NCBI GenBank assembly: GCA_963663385.2 | Contig: CAXXXD010000004.1 | Location: 640,001-704,000 of the forward strand | DNA: 64,000 bases | Source: Oceanispirochaeta sp. | GTDB lineage: Bacteria; Spirochaetota; Spirochaetia; DSM-2461 | Direction: 5' to 3' | Part shown: piece by piece, positions 20,201 to 29,798 of the stretch | Layout of the letters: the number at the start of each line of letters is the position of its first letter | Position numbering within the stretch: the stretch's first letter is position 1 | Position numbers and translations under genes: made by a program | The notes under the pieces: generated by a model | Told to the model about the DNA's origin: nothing | The model's input: only the letters and a program-made list of their open reading frames with translations | Database searches by the model: none

Positions 20201-20962
20201 TTAATAGACTCTGAAAAATGAGTAATGTTCTCCTGAAGAGGAATATATGCTTTCAGTGATCAGTATGGTACTGATCAGGAATATATACAGCAGGACTGCC
20301 GCAATCCAGCTTCTTCCGGCGTTGTATTCCGGTGCCGTCGCATCTTCGGTAAATAGACGGGATTCCATGGCATCAGACAGGCTCTCGGCTTTATTCAGGA
20401 TGCCCTCCATCAGCGGGAACCCCAGCCGGATCATATTTCTGACCGGTTGAATACGGTTTAAAGCCCCCCGGGACCACATGGCTTCACGAATTTCCCGTAT
20501 CTGATCAAGGATCAGGGGGAGCATGGTCAGGCTGAGTCCCAGGGTAGTACTGATCTGTCTGGCCGGGAGGAGCGGAATCGGCTTCAGGAGGCGGTAGATG
20601 CCGGAACCCACGGACAGGGGATCTGTTGTATAGGTAAAAATAAGAGCTGCCCACAATATAAAAAAGAAGCGAAGGGTTTTCAGAATCCCGTTTATCAGGA
20701 TGCCGCTGCTTAAAAAGTTGGAAAGGAAAATAATCACCCCCATAATCAGAAAGAAAAGGCCCTCCTTCAGAAAGGAGTTAAATTTTATCCGGGAACTTTT
20801 ATGAGCCAGAAGAAGGCAGGGCAACAGGGCTGTCAGTCTAAAGGCGCTCACCGGCAGAAGAAGAAGGCTGAAACAGAACAGGCCAGCCAGTTTTACAGGA
20901 ACATCCATCCTGTGGAGCGGGCTGTTACCCTTCTGGTAGTGGAATATCAGGATTTCAGCCAT
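20201..20962 (-). CDS. bioN: ECF transporter T component (BioN/CbiQ family)
   Basis: SPLHRMD..VKL N-terminus; AMWSRG and AMESR arginine motifs; in operon with bioY. Confidence 0.85.
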   Translation of the reverse strand: MAEILIFHYQKGNSPLHRMDVPVKLAGLFCFSLLLLPVSAFRLTALLPCLLLAHKSSRIKFNSFLKEGLFFLIMGVIIFLSNFLSSGILINGILKTLRFFFILWAALIFTYTTDPLSVGSGIYRLLKPIPLLPARQISTTLGLSLTMLPLILDQIREIREAMWSRGALNRIQPVRNMIRLGFPLMEGILNKAESLSDAMESRLFTEDATAPEYNAGRSWIAAVLLYIFLISTILITESIYSSSGEHYSFFRVY

Positions 20963-21693
20963 GTCATGCTTTCCAGAGTTCGGTTTATTCCCCAGGGACG
21001 ACGGATGCCGTACTGTTCCAGTTCGGAAAGCAGTTTGGCCGGAGGACCCGCTTTTCGGATTTCGCCCCGGCTCATCAGCACCAGTTGAGTGGCATGGGCC
21101 AGGACTTTTTCCAGATCGTGTGATATGAGAATGATGGTTCTGCCGTTTTTGTGGAGATTCACCATATCCTGGAGTATTTCCTGTACCCCTTCATAATCCA
21201 GACCGGTAAAAGGCTCATCCAGAATGATAACCTTCGGGTCCATCACAAGAACCGCAGCCAGGGCGGCTCTTCGTTTTTCCCCTCCCGAGAGGGTGTGGGG
21301 TCTGCGGTCGGCCAGAGCTTCCAGCCCGAGTTCTCCGAGAACCCTATCGGTTTCCCTGTTGATTCTCTCCCGGGGCCATTTCAGGTTTTCCGGGCCAAAA
21401 GCAATATCAGAGCGGACGGTTTGTCCGACGATCTGGGAGTCGGCATTCTGAAAAACCACACCGATACTCTTGCGTGCCCCATTAAGATTCTTATGAATGG
21501 AAACTCCCTTTAAAAGAACATCGCCCTCCTGAGGTTTCAGCAGTCCGTTGAGATGGCGCATCAACTGGGTTTTGCCCGATCCGTTAGGACCGGCGATAAC
21601 CGTAAAAGAACCTTCCGGGAATACGAGATTAATATTATTCAGAACTTTATTGCTGTCCCGGTATGACCGGCTCAGTCCTTTTACTTCCAGCAC
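20947..21693 (-). CDS. bioM: ECF transporter ATPase
   Basis: GPNGSGKT, VFQNADSQIVG, LSGGEK, ILDEPFTGLD. Confidence 0.88.
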   Translation of the reverse strand: MLEVKGLSRSYRDSNKVLNNINLVFPEGSFTVIAGPNGSGKTQLMRHLNGLLKPQEGDVLLKGVSIHKNLNGARKSIGVVFQNADSQIVGQTVRSDIAFGPENLKWPRERINRETDRVLGELGLEALADRRPHTLSGGEKRRAALAAVLVMDPKVIILDEPFTGLDYEGVQEILQDMVNLHKNGRTIILISHDLEKVLAHATQLVLMSRGEIRKAGPPAKLLSELEQYGIRRPWGINRTLESMTWLKS

Positions 21694-21697
21694 GGGA

Positions 21698-22255
21698 TTA
21701 CTCGGCGTTCAGAAAGTCGTTGAATCGTGTTATGAAAGCGGCAGCCAGAGCGGCTGCGGCAAAAATCTTTAATAGATCTCCCGGTATAAAGGGGATCATC
21801 CCGGCCTGAAGGGCTCTTCCCCATTCCATCCCCAGGGAAAACTTCAGCCAGGGCAGACCGGGAAGGTATATCATAACGCTTCCTGCCAGGGCGGCCAGAA
21901 GGGCTTGTACAGTACGTGTTTTAAGGCTGTCCTTTTCTGAGGGATGAAAAAGCAGTCCTGATATCGCCGCAGCCAGTACATACCCGATCAGGTATCCTCC
22001 GGTAGGGCCGGTCAGAACGGCAAATCCGGCAGCGCCGCCTGCAAAAACAGGAAGCCCCAGGATCCCCAGAAGAAGGTAGGCGGCTGTGCTGTAAAGGCCT
22101 ATCCGGAAGCCTCCCAGCAGTCCGCTGAGAATTACAAAGAGGCTGGTCATTACAATGGGAACCGGTCCGATGGGAACCGCCGCATAGGCTCCGGCGGCAA
22201 TCAGGGCTGTAAAAACAGCGGTCAATACGGTTCGTCTGATCTGTTGTCTATTCAT
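21698..22255 (-). CDS. bioY: Biotin ECF S component
   Basis: PVPI, YLLLGILGLPVFAG, GPTGGYLIGY, PFIPGDLLK. Confidence 0.95.
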   Translation of the reverse strand: MNRQQIRRTVLTAVFTALIAAGAYAAVPIGPVPIVMTSLFVILSGLLGGFRIGLYSTAAYLLLGILGLPVFAGGAAGFAVLTGPTGGYLIGYVLAAAISGLLFHPSEKDSLKTRTVQALLAALAGSVMIYLPGLPWLKFSLGMEWGRALQAGMIPFIPGDLLKIFAAAALAAAFITRFNDFLNAE

Positions 22256-22285
22256 TAAAGTGAATCTCCTGTTTATAAACTTGTT

Positions 22286-23080
22286 TTATCCGGTAATATT
22301 CCGGAAATATTCCAGTTCTTTCTTTATGCCGAAGGATTCCTGTTCAAGGTACCGCTTCCAGTTCTCTGTGAACCGGTATATAAACTCCTTCCGCAGCAGC
22401 TGAATCCCTGTCATCTCCTGAATGGATGCCAGTCCGGAAGTTTCTCTGTTTTTAAGAGTGTCATTAACATGGATCCCGATACCCAGGGCAAACCAGCAGA
22501 TCCTTCCCCCCCGCACATGGTACTCCTCCAGCAGGCCTCCTATTTTCCGGTCTTCTATCAGGATATCCCCCGGCAAACGGTATCCCGGTGAGGGAATGCC
22601 GCATTCAACCAGTGTTTTTAAAACCGTAAGGATTCCCTTCAGGGGAAGGACACCGGCTTCTTCAAGGGGGAGAGCGCGGTTGATCATGCAGGTCATATAA
22701 ATACCGCCGTCGGGGGAGTCCCAGGCTTTTTCACCCCGGGCGATTCCTCCGCTCTGATGTTCTGCCAGAACGATGAAATCTTCCTCTTCCAGAAGTGTCC
22801 TTCTTTTTCCCGCTTCCTTCATGGTGGACTCCAGATCCCGGAAAAAGAGGATCTCCCCGGATGAGGCAAAGTCCATGGAGGAGAGGTTGTCCGTCTCTCC
22901 GGTCAGTCTGTAACCCTTATGGCCCGCCTCTATCAGATAGCCCTCGTCCTGAAGGGCCTTGATATGTTTCCAGATAGCCACACGGCTGATACCGAACTTT
23001 CTGCTCAGATCTTCTCCCGATATCCAGGATGAGGCGGATTGGAATGTTTCCAGCAGAGACTGGCGTGTTTTGTTAACCAT
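22286..23080 (-). CDS. birA: BirA-like HTH-biotin ligase protein, divergent and lacking the C-terminal domain
   Basis: SGEDLS...SRVAIWKHIKAL..EGY HTH; STM, AEHQ, KIGGLL, GIGI motifs. Confidence 0.8.
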   Translation of the reverse strand: MVNKTRQSLLETFQSASSWISGEDLSRKFGISRVAIWKHIKALQDEGYLIEAGHKGYRLTGETDNLSSMDFASSGEILFFRDLESTMKEAGKRRTLLEEEDFIVLAEHQSGGIARGEKAWDSPDGGIYMTCMINRALPLEEAGVLPLKGILTVLKTLVECGIPSPGYRLPGDILIEDRKIGGLLEEYHVRGGRICWFALGIGIHVNDTLKNRETSGLASIQEMTGIQLLRKEFIYRFTENWKRYLEQESFGIKKELEYFRNITG

Positions 23081-23101
23081 GCTATGTTGAACAGGTTAAC
23101 G
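23071..23101. promoter_or_regulatory. BirA operator
   Basis: TGTTAACC-N15-GGTTAACG palindrome over the birA start codon, matching the known TGTtAAC-N-GTTaACA BirA box. Confidence 0.85.
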
Positions 23102-23162
23102 AAAGATGCAGAAAAAATCAAGCAGGTTCACTGCCTGATTTTTCATTAATTGTTTTAGGGGG

Positions 23163-25352
23163 TTACTCCTCATCCATAAAAATCACTCGATCTTCCTGTA
23201 CTTCCGAAGCCCGTGCTGTATCCGAACCGGAGCCGACGGCGGCTAGGTAGCTGTATTCGGCGGTTTTGTCTGAATCGATATTTTTTGCCAGCTCAAAGTA
23301 GTTACCCGCATCGTCAAATTTTTCCATGGCGTAATAGGCCTTGGAGAGGTTCAGGTTAATAATAACGGCGGCACTGCTGGAGGCTTTTTCTTTCTTTTCC
23401 AGAATGGTGTAAGCCTGGTTCAGAAGGTCGATGGCTGTTCCGTAGTTTTCGTTGATAAATTCCAGGTTCCCCAGGTTCACCAGAGGGCTTATATAATCCG
23501 GGTCCAGTTTGATGGCATTGCTAAAAGCTGATCGTGCTTTTGTCAGGTTGTTGAACTCCGCCAGGGCGATTCCCAGTTTGTTGAAGTCCTGTTTTGTCCC
23601 CCGGGTTTCCGCACGGTCGTAGAAGTCCGCCAGGATTGTATCTGTCAGGGTTCCCATATCCCTGGTAAAAGCCTGGCTGATAAAATCACTGCTGCCGTAC
23701 TGAAGCCCCAGGTCTTTCTCTCTCAGGCCTACGGGCCTGAAAAGCTCCCTCGCATCGTTTGTGCGGTAGAGCATCCGCATATCGGGTGTTTCCTCCAGAG
23801 AATTCCACTCGTCGGCTCCCTTCTTCCAGGCATCAATAAAATTTGTCCGGCCTATCAGGGTTATTTCAACGGGAACCCACAGTTTTCCGTCGATATTGAT
23901 TGTCATTGTTCTGTCGGGATGGATCTTTCCAAACCCCCTGGCATCGGTATTGGTGTTGAAGGCGGTGTATATATGTCCCGGTACGGTAATAAAGGCCGTT
24001 TCTATCCCCAGGGTTTCCAGAAGGCTGAGGTACATAACGGTCAGGTCGTCGCAGTCTCCGGTCAGCTTCTTCAGGGTGGTACGGGGAAGGCTTACCGAAT
24101 CGATTGTGGTGGAACCTTCTCCCGCTACCGAAGCAAAGGGCTGCATGGGATCTACCTGGTAGATGCAGCCTATCTCACCCAGAGCATGGAATATCTGAAT
24201 GGCGCTCTGAAGGTTTTTATTAAACTGCTCCAGCTCCTCCTCTTTACAGCTCTGGCGGATAAAACTTGTGTAATTCTGCAGGGCGCTGTCTGCGGGCGTG
24301 ATAAAGGCGGCTACCTTCCGGTCGTCATCCCAGACAATGGAGGATTTGTCATACAGATCATAGGAAACCGGATAGCTCTGTTCCACAGGTCTCCGGTTGT
24401 AGGTGTAGGATACTCTTATTTCCCCGGTAAGGGGGGTGATCCCCTCGGTCATAAATATCTCATTGTTAAAAGACGCTTTCAGATCAACAAGCTGAGAGCT
24501 GCCTCCTTCCATATAATCCATCTCATGAATAATGGTGGGGGCATCCATATAACCGGGCTGGAAGAAGGAAACCACCACATCGCTGATTTCTCCCTTTTCG
24601 GTGTTTTCCAGCTTGATGGAGCCGAAGGAGTTTTTTATATAATAGCTCTGCATAGCTGCAAAGAGAGGATCAATTTCCACATCCCGGAAGCGGATGCTTT
24701 TAATAGCCGCGGCAGGAGAGTCGGGATCCCGGCCGAATCGAAAACGAACGGCGCCGCCCACACCCAGAAGAAATCCGTTCATATCCGTAAAAAAGCTGTC
24801 CGTTGACTGCTGGTAACGGATGGTGGGAGCCAGTTCGATACTCATATTATAAGTGGGACTCAGTCCCAGATGAAGGCTGCCCTGGCTCAGCCAGTAACTG
24901 GTTCCCACGCTTCCTTCATCTGACAGGTTGGGAAATACACCCTGACCGTATCCAAACGCTCCGCCCAGGCCGATCTCGAAACTTTTGGTGAATTTGTGGG
25001 CCAGCCGGATCCCGCCCATCCCGTAGGTCATAGAGTTGTCCCAGGTGGATGACTCAATGGAATTCTGGCTGTTGGCGTTTGTGTATCCCCCTATGATTTC
25101 CGGTTGAATAACCGTCCATTTAGTATGGGTATAGCGCAGGCTGGCCGAAAGATCGTAGATGCTATAGGGCGAGCCCTCTTCGTAATTGGAGAGGGGGGAG
25201 AAACTGGTATAGTTAAATCCCAGTGTCAGGGGGGACCTGTAGTACTGGTTGTTATCGATTTTAGTTTCCTGTTTCGGTACCAGCACCTCCTCGGCAGCTA
25301 GCGTTCCGAAGAGGGAAAGTATAATGGCAAATAAAAGGATCTTTCTTTTCAT
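23163..25352 (-). CDS. Secreted multidomain protein: beta-barrel-like N-terminus, transglutaminase-like core, C-terminal TPR
   Basis: Signal peptide; GDCDDL, VPGHIY, WVPVEIT; TPR helices such as FNKLGIALA..A...F..AIKLDP. Confidence 0.7.
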   Translation of the reverse strand: MKRKILLFAIILSLFGTLAAEEVLVPKQETKIDNNQYYRSPLTLGFNYTSFSPLSNYEEGSPYSIYDLSASLRYTHTKWTVIQPEIIGGYTNANSQNSIESSTWDNSMTYGMGGIRLAHKFTKSFEIGLGGAFGYGQGVFPNLSDEGSVGTSYWLSQGSLHLGLSPTYNMSIELAPTIRYQQSTDSFFTDMNGFLLGVGGAVRFRFGRDPDSPAAAIKSIRFRDVEIDPLFAAMQSYYIKNSFGSIKLENTEKGEISDVVVSFFQPGYMDAPTIIHEMDYMEGGSSQLVDLKASFNNEIFMTEGITPLTGEIRVSYTYNRRPVEQSYPVSYDLYDKSSIVWDDDRKVAAFITPADSALQNYTSFIRQSCKEEELEQFNKNLQSAIQIFHALGEIGCIYQVDPMQPFASVAGEGSTTIDSVSLPRTTLKKLTGDCDDLTVMYLSLLETLGIETAFITVPGHIYTAFNTNTDARGFGKIHPDRTMTINIDGKLWVPVEITLIGRTNFIDAWKKGADEWNSLEETPDMRMLYRTNDARELFRPVGLREKDLGLQYGSSDFISQAFTRDMGTLTDTILADFYDRAETRGTKQDFNKLGIALAEFNNLTKARSAFSNAIKLDPDYISPLVNLGNLEFINENYGTAIDLLNQAYTILEKKEKASSSAAVIINLNLSKAYYAMEKFDDAGNYFELAKNIDSDKTAEYSYLAAVGSGSDTARASEVQEDRVIFMDEE

Positions 25353-25354
25353 GA

Positions 25355-26248
25355 CTATTGTTCCTTGATTGATTTGAAAATACGGGCTGACTGCTCAGCA
25401 ATATCGCCGGACGGTCCGGCTTCAGCTTTCTGAAACCAGTTCCCGGCACTTACGGGATCGTTCAGGCTGTAGTAGCAGCAGCCATATAGAAAATTCGCCA
25501 GTTGACGGTCCCTGTCAATTTTTAACTCATTATAAAAGCTGTCCAGCAGATCCAGGGCTTCAAGAAACTGGAATTGTTCTATCTGCCAGTTAACCCGGAA
25601 GAACATATATTCGTTATAGGTCTCGCTGTCTCTGGAAACCGTATAATCCGCCAGGGTCGCCTGAATATCCTTCACCTCATTCAACTGGAAAAGGCAGAGG
25701 ATAGCATGCAGGTAAAGGGTATCATAATTAGCCCCCTCCCATTCCATCCCGTCCTGAAAGTATCTCAACGCAGTCTTGAAATCACCGGCTTCATAGTATT
25801 CCATCCCCAGTCTATAGTCTTCATAATCCACATCTTCGAAATTCCCCAGGAAATCATCCGGGGTTACCTGCTGATCACCCCTGACGCCCGCGGTTGTTTC
25901 ATGTTTTATATCATTCTGTTTTAATGCAAGGCGATTGAGAATATAAGAGCTTGTTTGAATGGGGGATTGAATTCTGTTCCTGTATATTGTCTGCAGGTGG
26001 TAATCTCCGGGCTGAAAAAGTCTTATAATATTTCCGTTGTTCTCCAGTTCCAGGTAATCTCCTTCCTCCAGGATTACGGAACCGTCCAGGGGCAGTTTAT
26101 CTCCCATATTCAAGTCCAGTTCATCCGAACCGCATTTATAAAAAGGGTAACCCTCAAGGTACTGGATTGTCAGGGTCTGGGCAGCGGCGGTGCTGCTGAG
26201 AATGCTAATACCGACCACAAAAAGAATAACGGTTCTATTTCTCATCAT
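25355..26248 (-). CDS. Secreted FecR-like/TPR protein
   Basis: Signal peptide from M at 26248/26245; TTAGVRG motif; C-terminal TPR-like helices. Confidence 0.55.
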   Translation of the reverse strand: MMRNRTVILFVVGISILSSTAAAQTLTIQYLEGYPFYKCGSDELDLNMGDKLPLDGSVILEEGDYLELENNGNIIRLFQPGDYHLQTIYRNRIQSPIQTSSYILNRLALKQNDIKHETTAGVRGDQQVTPDDFLGNFEDVDYEDYRLGMEYYEAGDFKTALRYFQDGMEWEGANYDTLYLHAILCLFQLNEVKDIQATLADYTVSRDSETYNEYMFFRVNWQIEQFQFLEALDLLDSFYNELKIDRDRQLANFLYGCCYYSLNDPVSAGNWFQKAEAGPSGDIAEQSARIFKSIKEQ

Positions 26249-26346
26249 AAATACCCCGTAATAATAAACTCGATACTTATGAAAATATACCATTTATTAA
26301 TAAAAAACATCAAAGGGAAATGTTATTTATTAAAAAGGACCTCCTC

Positions 26347-29300
26347 TTACTGATTTATCTGAAGTGAGTAGAGTGTATAGTGATCATGTACGACAATATA
26401 GTTTCCGAACAACTCAATTGTTTCATTGTTCCCCGAAATCAACCCGTAAGGACTGATATAGATCATCCGGGGACTGTCAGCTTTTTCCAGAGAATACATG
26501 TAGACGGTAAAATTTTTTGTAAAATAGAGGATGCTTCCTTCGGCCAGCAGCCCTGAATTATAGAGATTGATGGCAGCCAGGGCGGATCCCAGTTCTGCGG
26601 GGGTTAAACTCCCGGCACTGATCCCGCTTGACGAGGCATTCGCTTCCACCCAGTCTGTCTGCGGTCTGGCGGGCAGAATATAGGTAGCCAGATCTGCCGA
26701 GAATACAATGTGATCTTTCGTTGCGCTGATATTTGTGGCAGAGCGTTCTGCCGCATCGGAATTCCTGTTATAGAAATCACCGATATAGATGGGATTCAGG
26801 GGATCGGTAATATCATAGCATAACAGGCCGTACCAGTTATCGGCAATGTAAAGGTAATCGTCTCGGGCAAGAACAAATTCGGCGCTGCGGTTAACCGGAA
26901 TCAAACCGACGGACACAAGATTTTCCGGATCTGAAATATCGAATATTTCAACACCGGCTCCCCCTTCTCCCGCATAGAGATAGTCTCCCCAGTAATCAAG
27001 GGATGTTGTATTATCGACTCCAACATAGTACCGGGGAGATGCGCTGACGTCTCCATTGGCAGATAACCCGATAACCGCTATTTCTCCGGAAGTGTTTGAT
27101 CCGGCGGCATAGAAAGCGTAATCTCCCAACACGACCACATCTTCACTGTACATACTCTGATAGTTCAATCGGGACATCATTCCGCCGGAGGTAATCTGAT
27201 AGGCCGAGACGCCGAACCTTTGTGCAAGGTAGAGAATGTCTCCTTTCAGGAAACTTCCATAGGATTGACTGGGCGATTCTGTATCCGCTTCCGTCAGGGA
27301 TTCGGCATTGCTTGTTTTTATTGTCGTTATACCCGCGGAATCATCTGCCACGATAATCCCCTCGTCATTCAGTCCCAGTCCGGGGGAATCCCCCGTGGTA
27401 TCGTATTCAACTCTTTCATAGATACTGGACGGCGTGGATATTCCGAGTACTTTAACTTTGCCGTTTTTAGTGGAGCAGTAGGCGAAGGAGTCTTTTATCT
27501 CTACATCCGTCAGAGGTATGCCCGCATCGATTCCTCCCTGAAAATCCGGTGTGCCTGGGGTGCTTATATCATAGACCCACACACCCCCGTGGTAATAATA
27601 GCTGTCCGTGTAATCCGGCTGGCTGACAATCACCATAATGCCCGAAGCCGTGTCTATATCCAGGGCCGTAATATAGTCGAAGTCGTCGTACAGGTCGGAT
27701 GTTGCATGGGCCTCTTCGTAGTTGCTGGAATCGGTCAGGCTGACCGGTGTTCCTATGGAAGGGGCTGTCGGGACAGTACAGTCGTATGGTGTCAGTTTGG
27801 CATGACTGTTCGGGTCGGAGAAATCCGGCTGGGTTGAGATAAGGTAGGCGTAGTTTTCCGAAAATCCTACATCCTTCGGCATACCAGCTACTACTGCACC
27901 CATATTGATTGCTCCGGGAGATGCTGCTGTTGATATATCTGCGGATCCCAGATAGGCATCCGTTCCATCCCGCATCCCGATATAAAGGACATCTCTGCTG
28001 CTGTCTGCGGAAACGCAGTAGATATCATCAAACGGGGAGGCCGCCGGAGGATCTATCGTTTCCGATGGCTTGAGCTGGATATTTGCCGGGGTTGTAATAT
28101 CAAATGAATAGATCTTGTAAATTTCCTGACTGCTGAGGTTGGTGTACCGGAGGGCGACATAAGCCCGTTCATCGCTTATGGTCAGATCATTCCAGTAGAC
28201 ACTGCTGGTCTCCTTTTTTACATCCTCCAGGTCGCATTCATCCCGGGAAAGAACGGTAATACTGGACAGATCGGAGATATCCATCGCAATCAGTTCGATA
28301 TCCACCCAGTAGGGCGAACTCGGATTTGTGTGATGAACCCTGCGAATGGCATAGGCCGTATTGCCGGAAATTTCGACTCTTCCGTATAACTCTCCATTGA
28401 AAAAACGGTTTATTTCGGCCGACAGTTCCGTATACATTTCCGGGCACTGTGCCGCTATGGGCAAACTTGTTGTGTTTTCATTTTCTTCTGCTGATACCTT
28501 ATAATAGTAGATTGTACCGCCTGCAGCGCTTGTATCAGTAAATTCCGAATCAATAAGCAATTCGTTTGATAGCAGACTGTATGTGCCGTCTTCCCCGCTG
28601 CTCGAACGCCAGACCTGGTAGGTTACGGATTTCTGGGGCGGTACTTTTACAGGTTTCCATGTAAGAAATATTTTATCCTCGTATGTTTCCGTTTTGGGGA
28701 TAAGAGTGAAGGGGGACAGGGGGACTGTATCCATCAGGGGGGATGACCAGGTATTCCCCTCGCTGTCCGATGCGGTTACCCGGATCTGGCAGAGGATTCC
28801 GTTTTTGACGCCGTGTTCGCTGCTGTTCAGGGTTATCGGGGAGGCGGTTGCCAGTTCCGCCGCAGTAAGGGATATGGTTCCCGCCAGGCTTTCGGCAAAG
28901 GGAGTCCCTTCCGTATTGTAAAAAATCGTATAATCCTCGGCTTCTGAAATGGCAGCCCAGTTTATTGTTATCTCACTGTTTCCGGGTGTAACTGTCAACG
29001 ACGGGAGGGTGCTTCCCGGGTAGTTCAATTTTACGGAGACAGTCTCGGCAGAATTCCCGTTCCAGTCTACCGCATCAAGGGTCAGTATTATATCCGTATC
29101 GAACCTGGCTGTGGACAGTTCAAACGAGAAGATGCCGGCGCTTCCCGATTCACTTTCACTTTCGGTGACATCTACCGTTCCTTCTATGGTCTCTACTCCC
29201 AGAATGTCTGAGAGGGAATAGTTAATGGCCGGCATTTCCACACCATCATCCGATATGGATCCGCTTATGGTTATCTTCTGATCATAAATCGAGTCTTCTA

Positions 29301-29457
29301 TGGGGGTCTCCAGAACAAGAACCGGTACTGTTGTATCCGAGGCCCGGTCCAGTATGTTTTCCTTCATTTCAATCAGATTGTTTTTACAGGATACTGTAAC
29401 CAGCAGAAAAAACGCCGATACGAAATGCATAACACAAATTCCACGCCTCATAGCCAT
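26347..29457 (-). CDS. Large surface lipoprotein with Ig/FN3-like domains and LVIVD repeats (paralogue of 10837..13857)
   Basis: Lipobox TVS-C followed by KNNLI; PGNSEITINW; GDYLYAG..GVEIFDISDP repeats. Confidence 0.8.
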   Translation of the reverse strand: MAMRRGICVMHFVSAFFLLVTVSCKNNLIEMKENILDRASDTTVPVLVLETPIEDSIYDQKITISGSISDDGVEMPAINYSLSDILGVETIEGTVDVTESESESGSAGIFSFELSTARFDTDIILTLDAVDWNGNSAETVSVKLNYPGSTLPSLTVTPGNSEITINWAAISEAEDYTIFYNTEGTPFAESLAGTISLTAAELATASPITLNSSEHGVKNGILCQIRVTASDSEGNTWSSPLMDTVPLSPFTLIPKTETYEDKIFLTWKPVKVPPQKSVTYQVWRSSSGEDGTYSLLSNELLIDSEFTDTSAAGGTIYYYKVSAEENENTTSLPIAAQCPEMYTELSAEINRFFNGELYGRVEISGNTAYAIRRVHHTNPSSPYWVDIELIAMDISDLSSITVLSRDECDLEDVKKETSSVYWNDLTISDERAYVALRYTNLSSQEIYKIYSFDITTPANIQLKPSETIDPPAASPFDDIYCVSADSSRDVLYIGMRDGTDAYLGSADISTAASPGAINMGAVVAGMPKDVGFSENYAYLISTQPDFSDPNSHAKLTPYDCTVPTAPSIGTPVSLTDSSNYEEAHATSDLYDDFDYITALDIDTASGIMVIVSQPDYTDSYYYHGGVWVYDISTPGTPDFQGGIDAGIPLTDVEIKDSFAYCSTKNGKVKVLGISTPSSIYERVEYDTTGDSPGLGLNDEGIIVADDSAGITTIKTSNAESLTEADTESPSQSYGSFLKGDILYLAQRFGVSAYQITSGGMMSRLNYQSMYSEDVVVLGDYAFYAAGSNTSGEIAVIGLSANGDVSASPRYYVGVDNTTSLDYWGDYLYAGEGGAGVEIFDISDPENLVSVGLIPVNRSAEFVLARDDYLYIADNWYGLLCYDITDPLNPIYIGDFYNRNSDAAERSATNISATKDHIVFSADLATYILPARPQTDWVEANASSSGISAGSLTPAELGSALAAINLYNSGLLAEGSILYFTKNFTVYMYSLEKADSPRMIYISPYGLISGNNETIELFGNYIVVHDHYTLYSLQINQ

Positions 29458-29798
29458 CTCCCGCGACTTATGTCAAATGTGAACCAATGCTTTTCAACTC
29501 CTTATGATGAAACTGTTTATTGTTATCAAGCCCTAGTTCTATTATAACCCTAATCCAGGGGATTTTCCTGTTTCCTTCCTGAAAAAATGTTTCTGTTTTT
29601 CTTCTTCTTTGAGTCAGCGGTGAAACAACGGATTATCCCTGCTGTTCAGGAACCTTCAATTCTGAACAATATTGGAACACCGCGGAAAGGTTCGTTGACA
29701 GAACAGGACACTTTATTCATTCGATTCTATTAATAGAGATCATTAAAAAATGACAAAAACGGGTAACACTTTTTCTGCCTCAGGTGTTAAAGAGGAAT

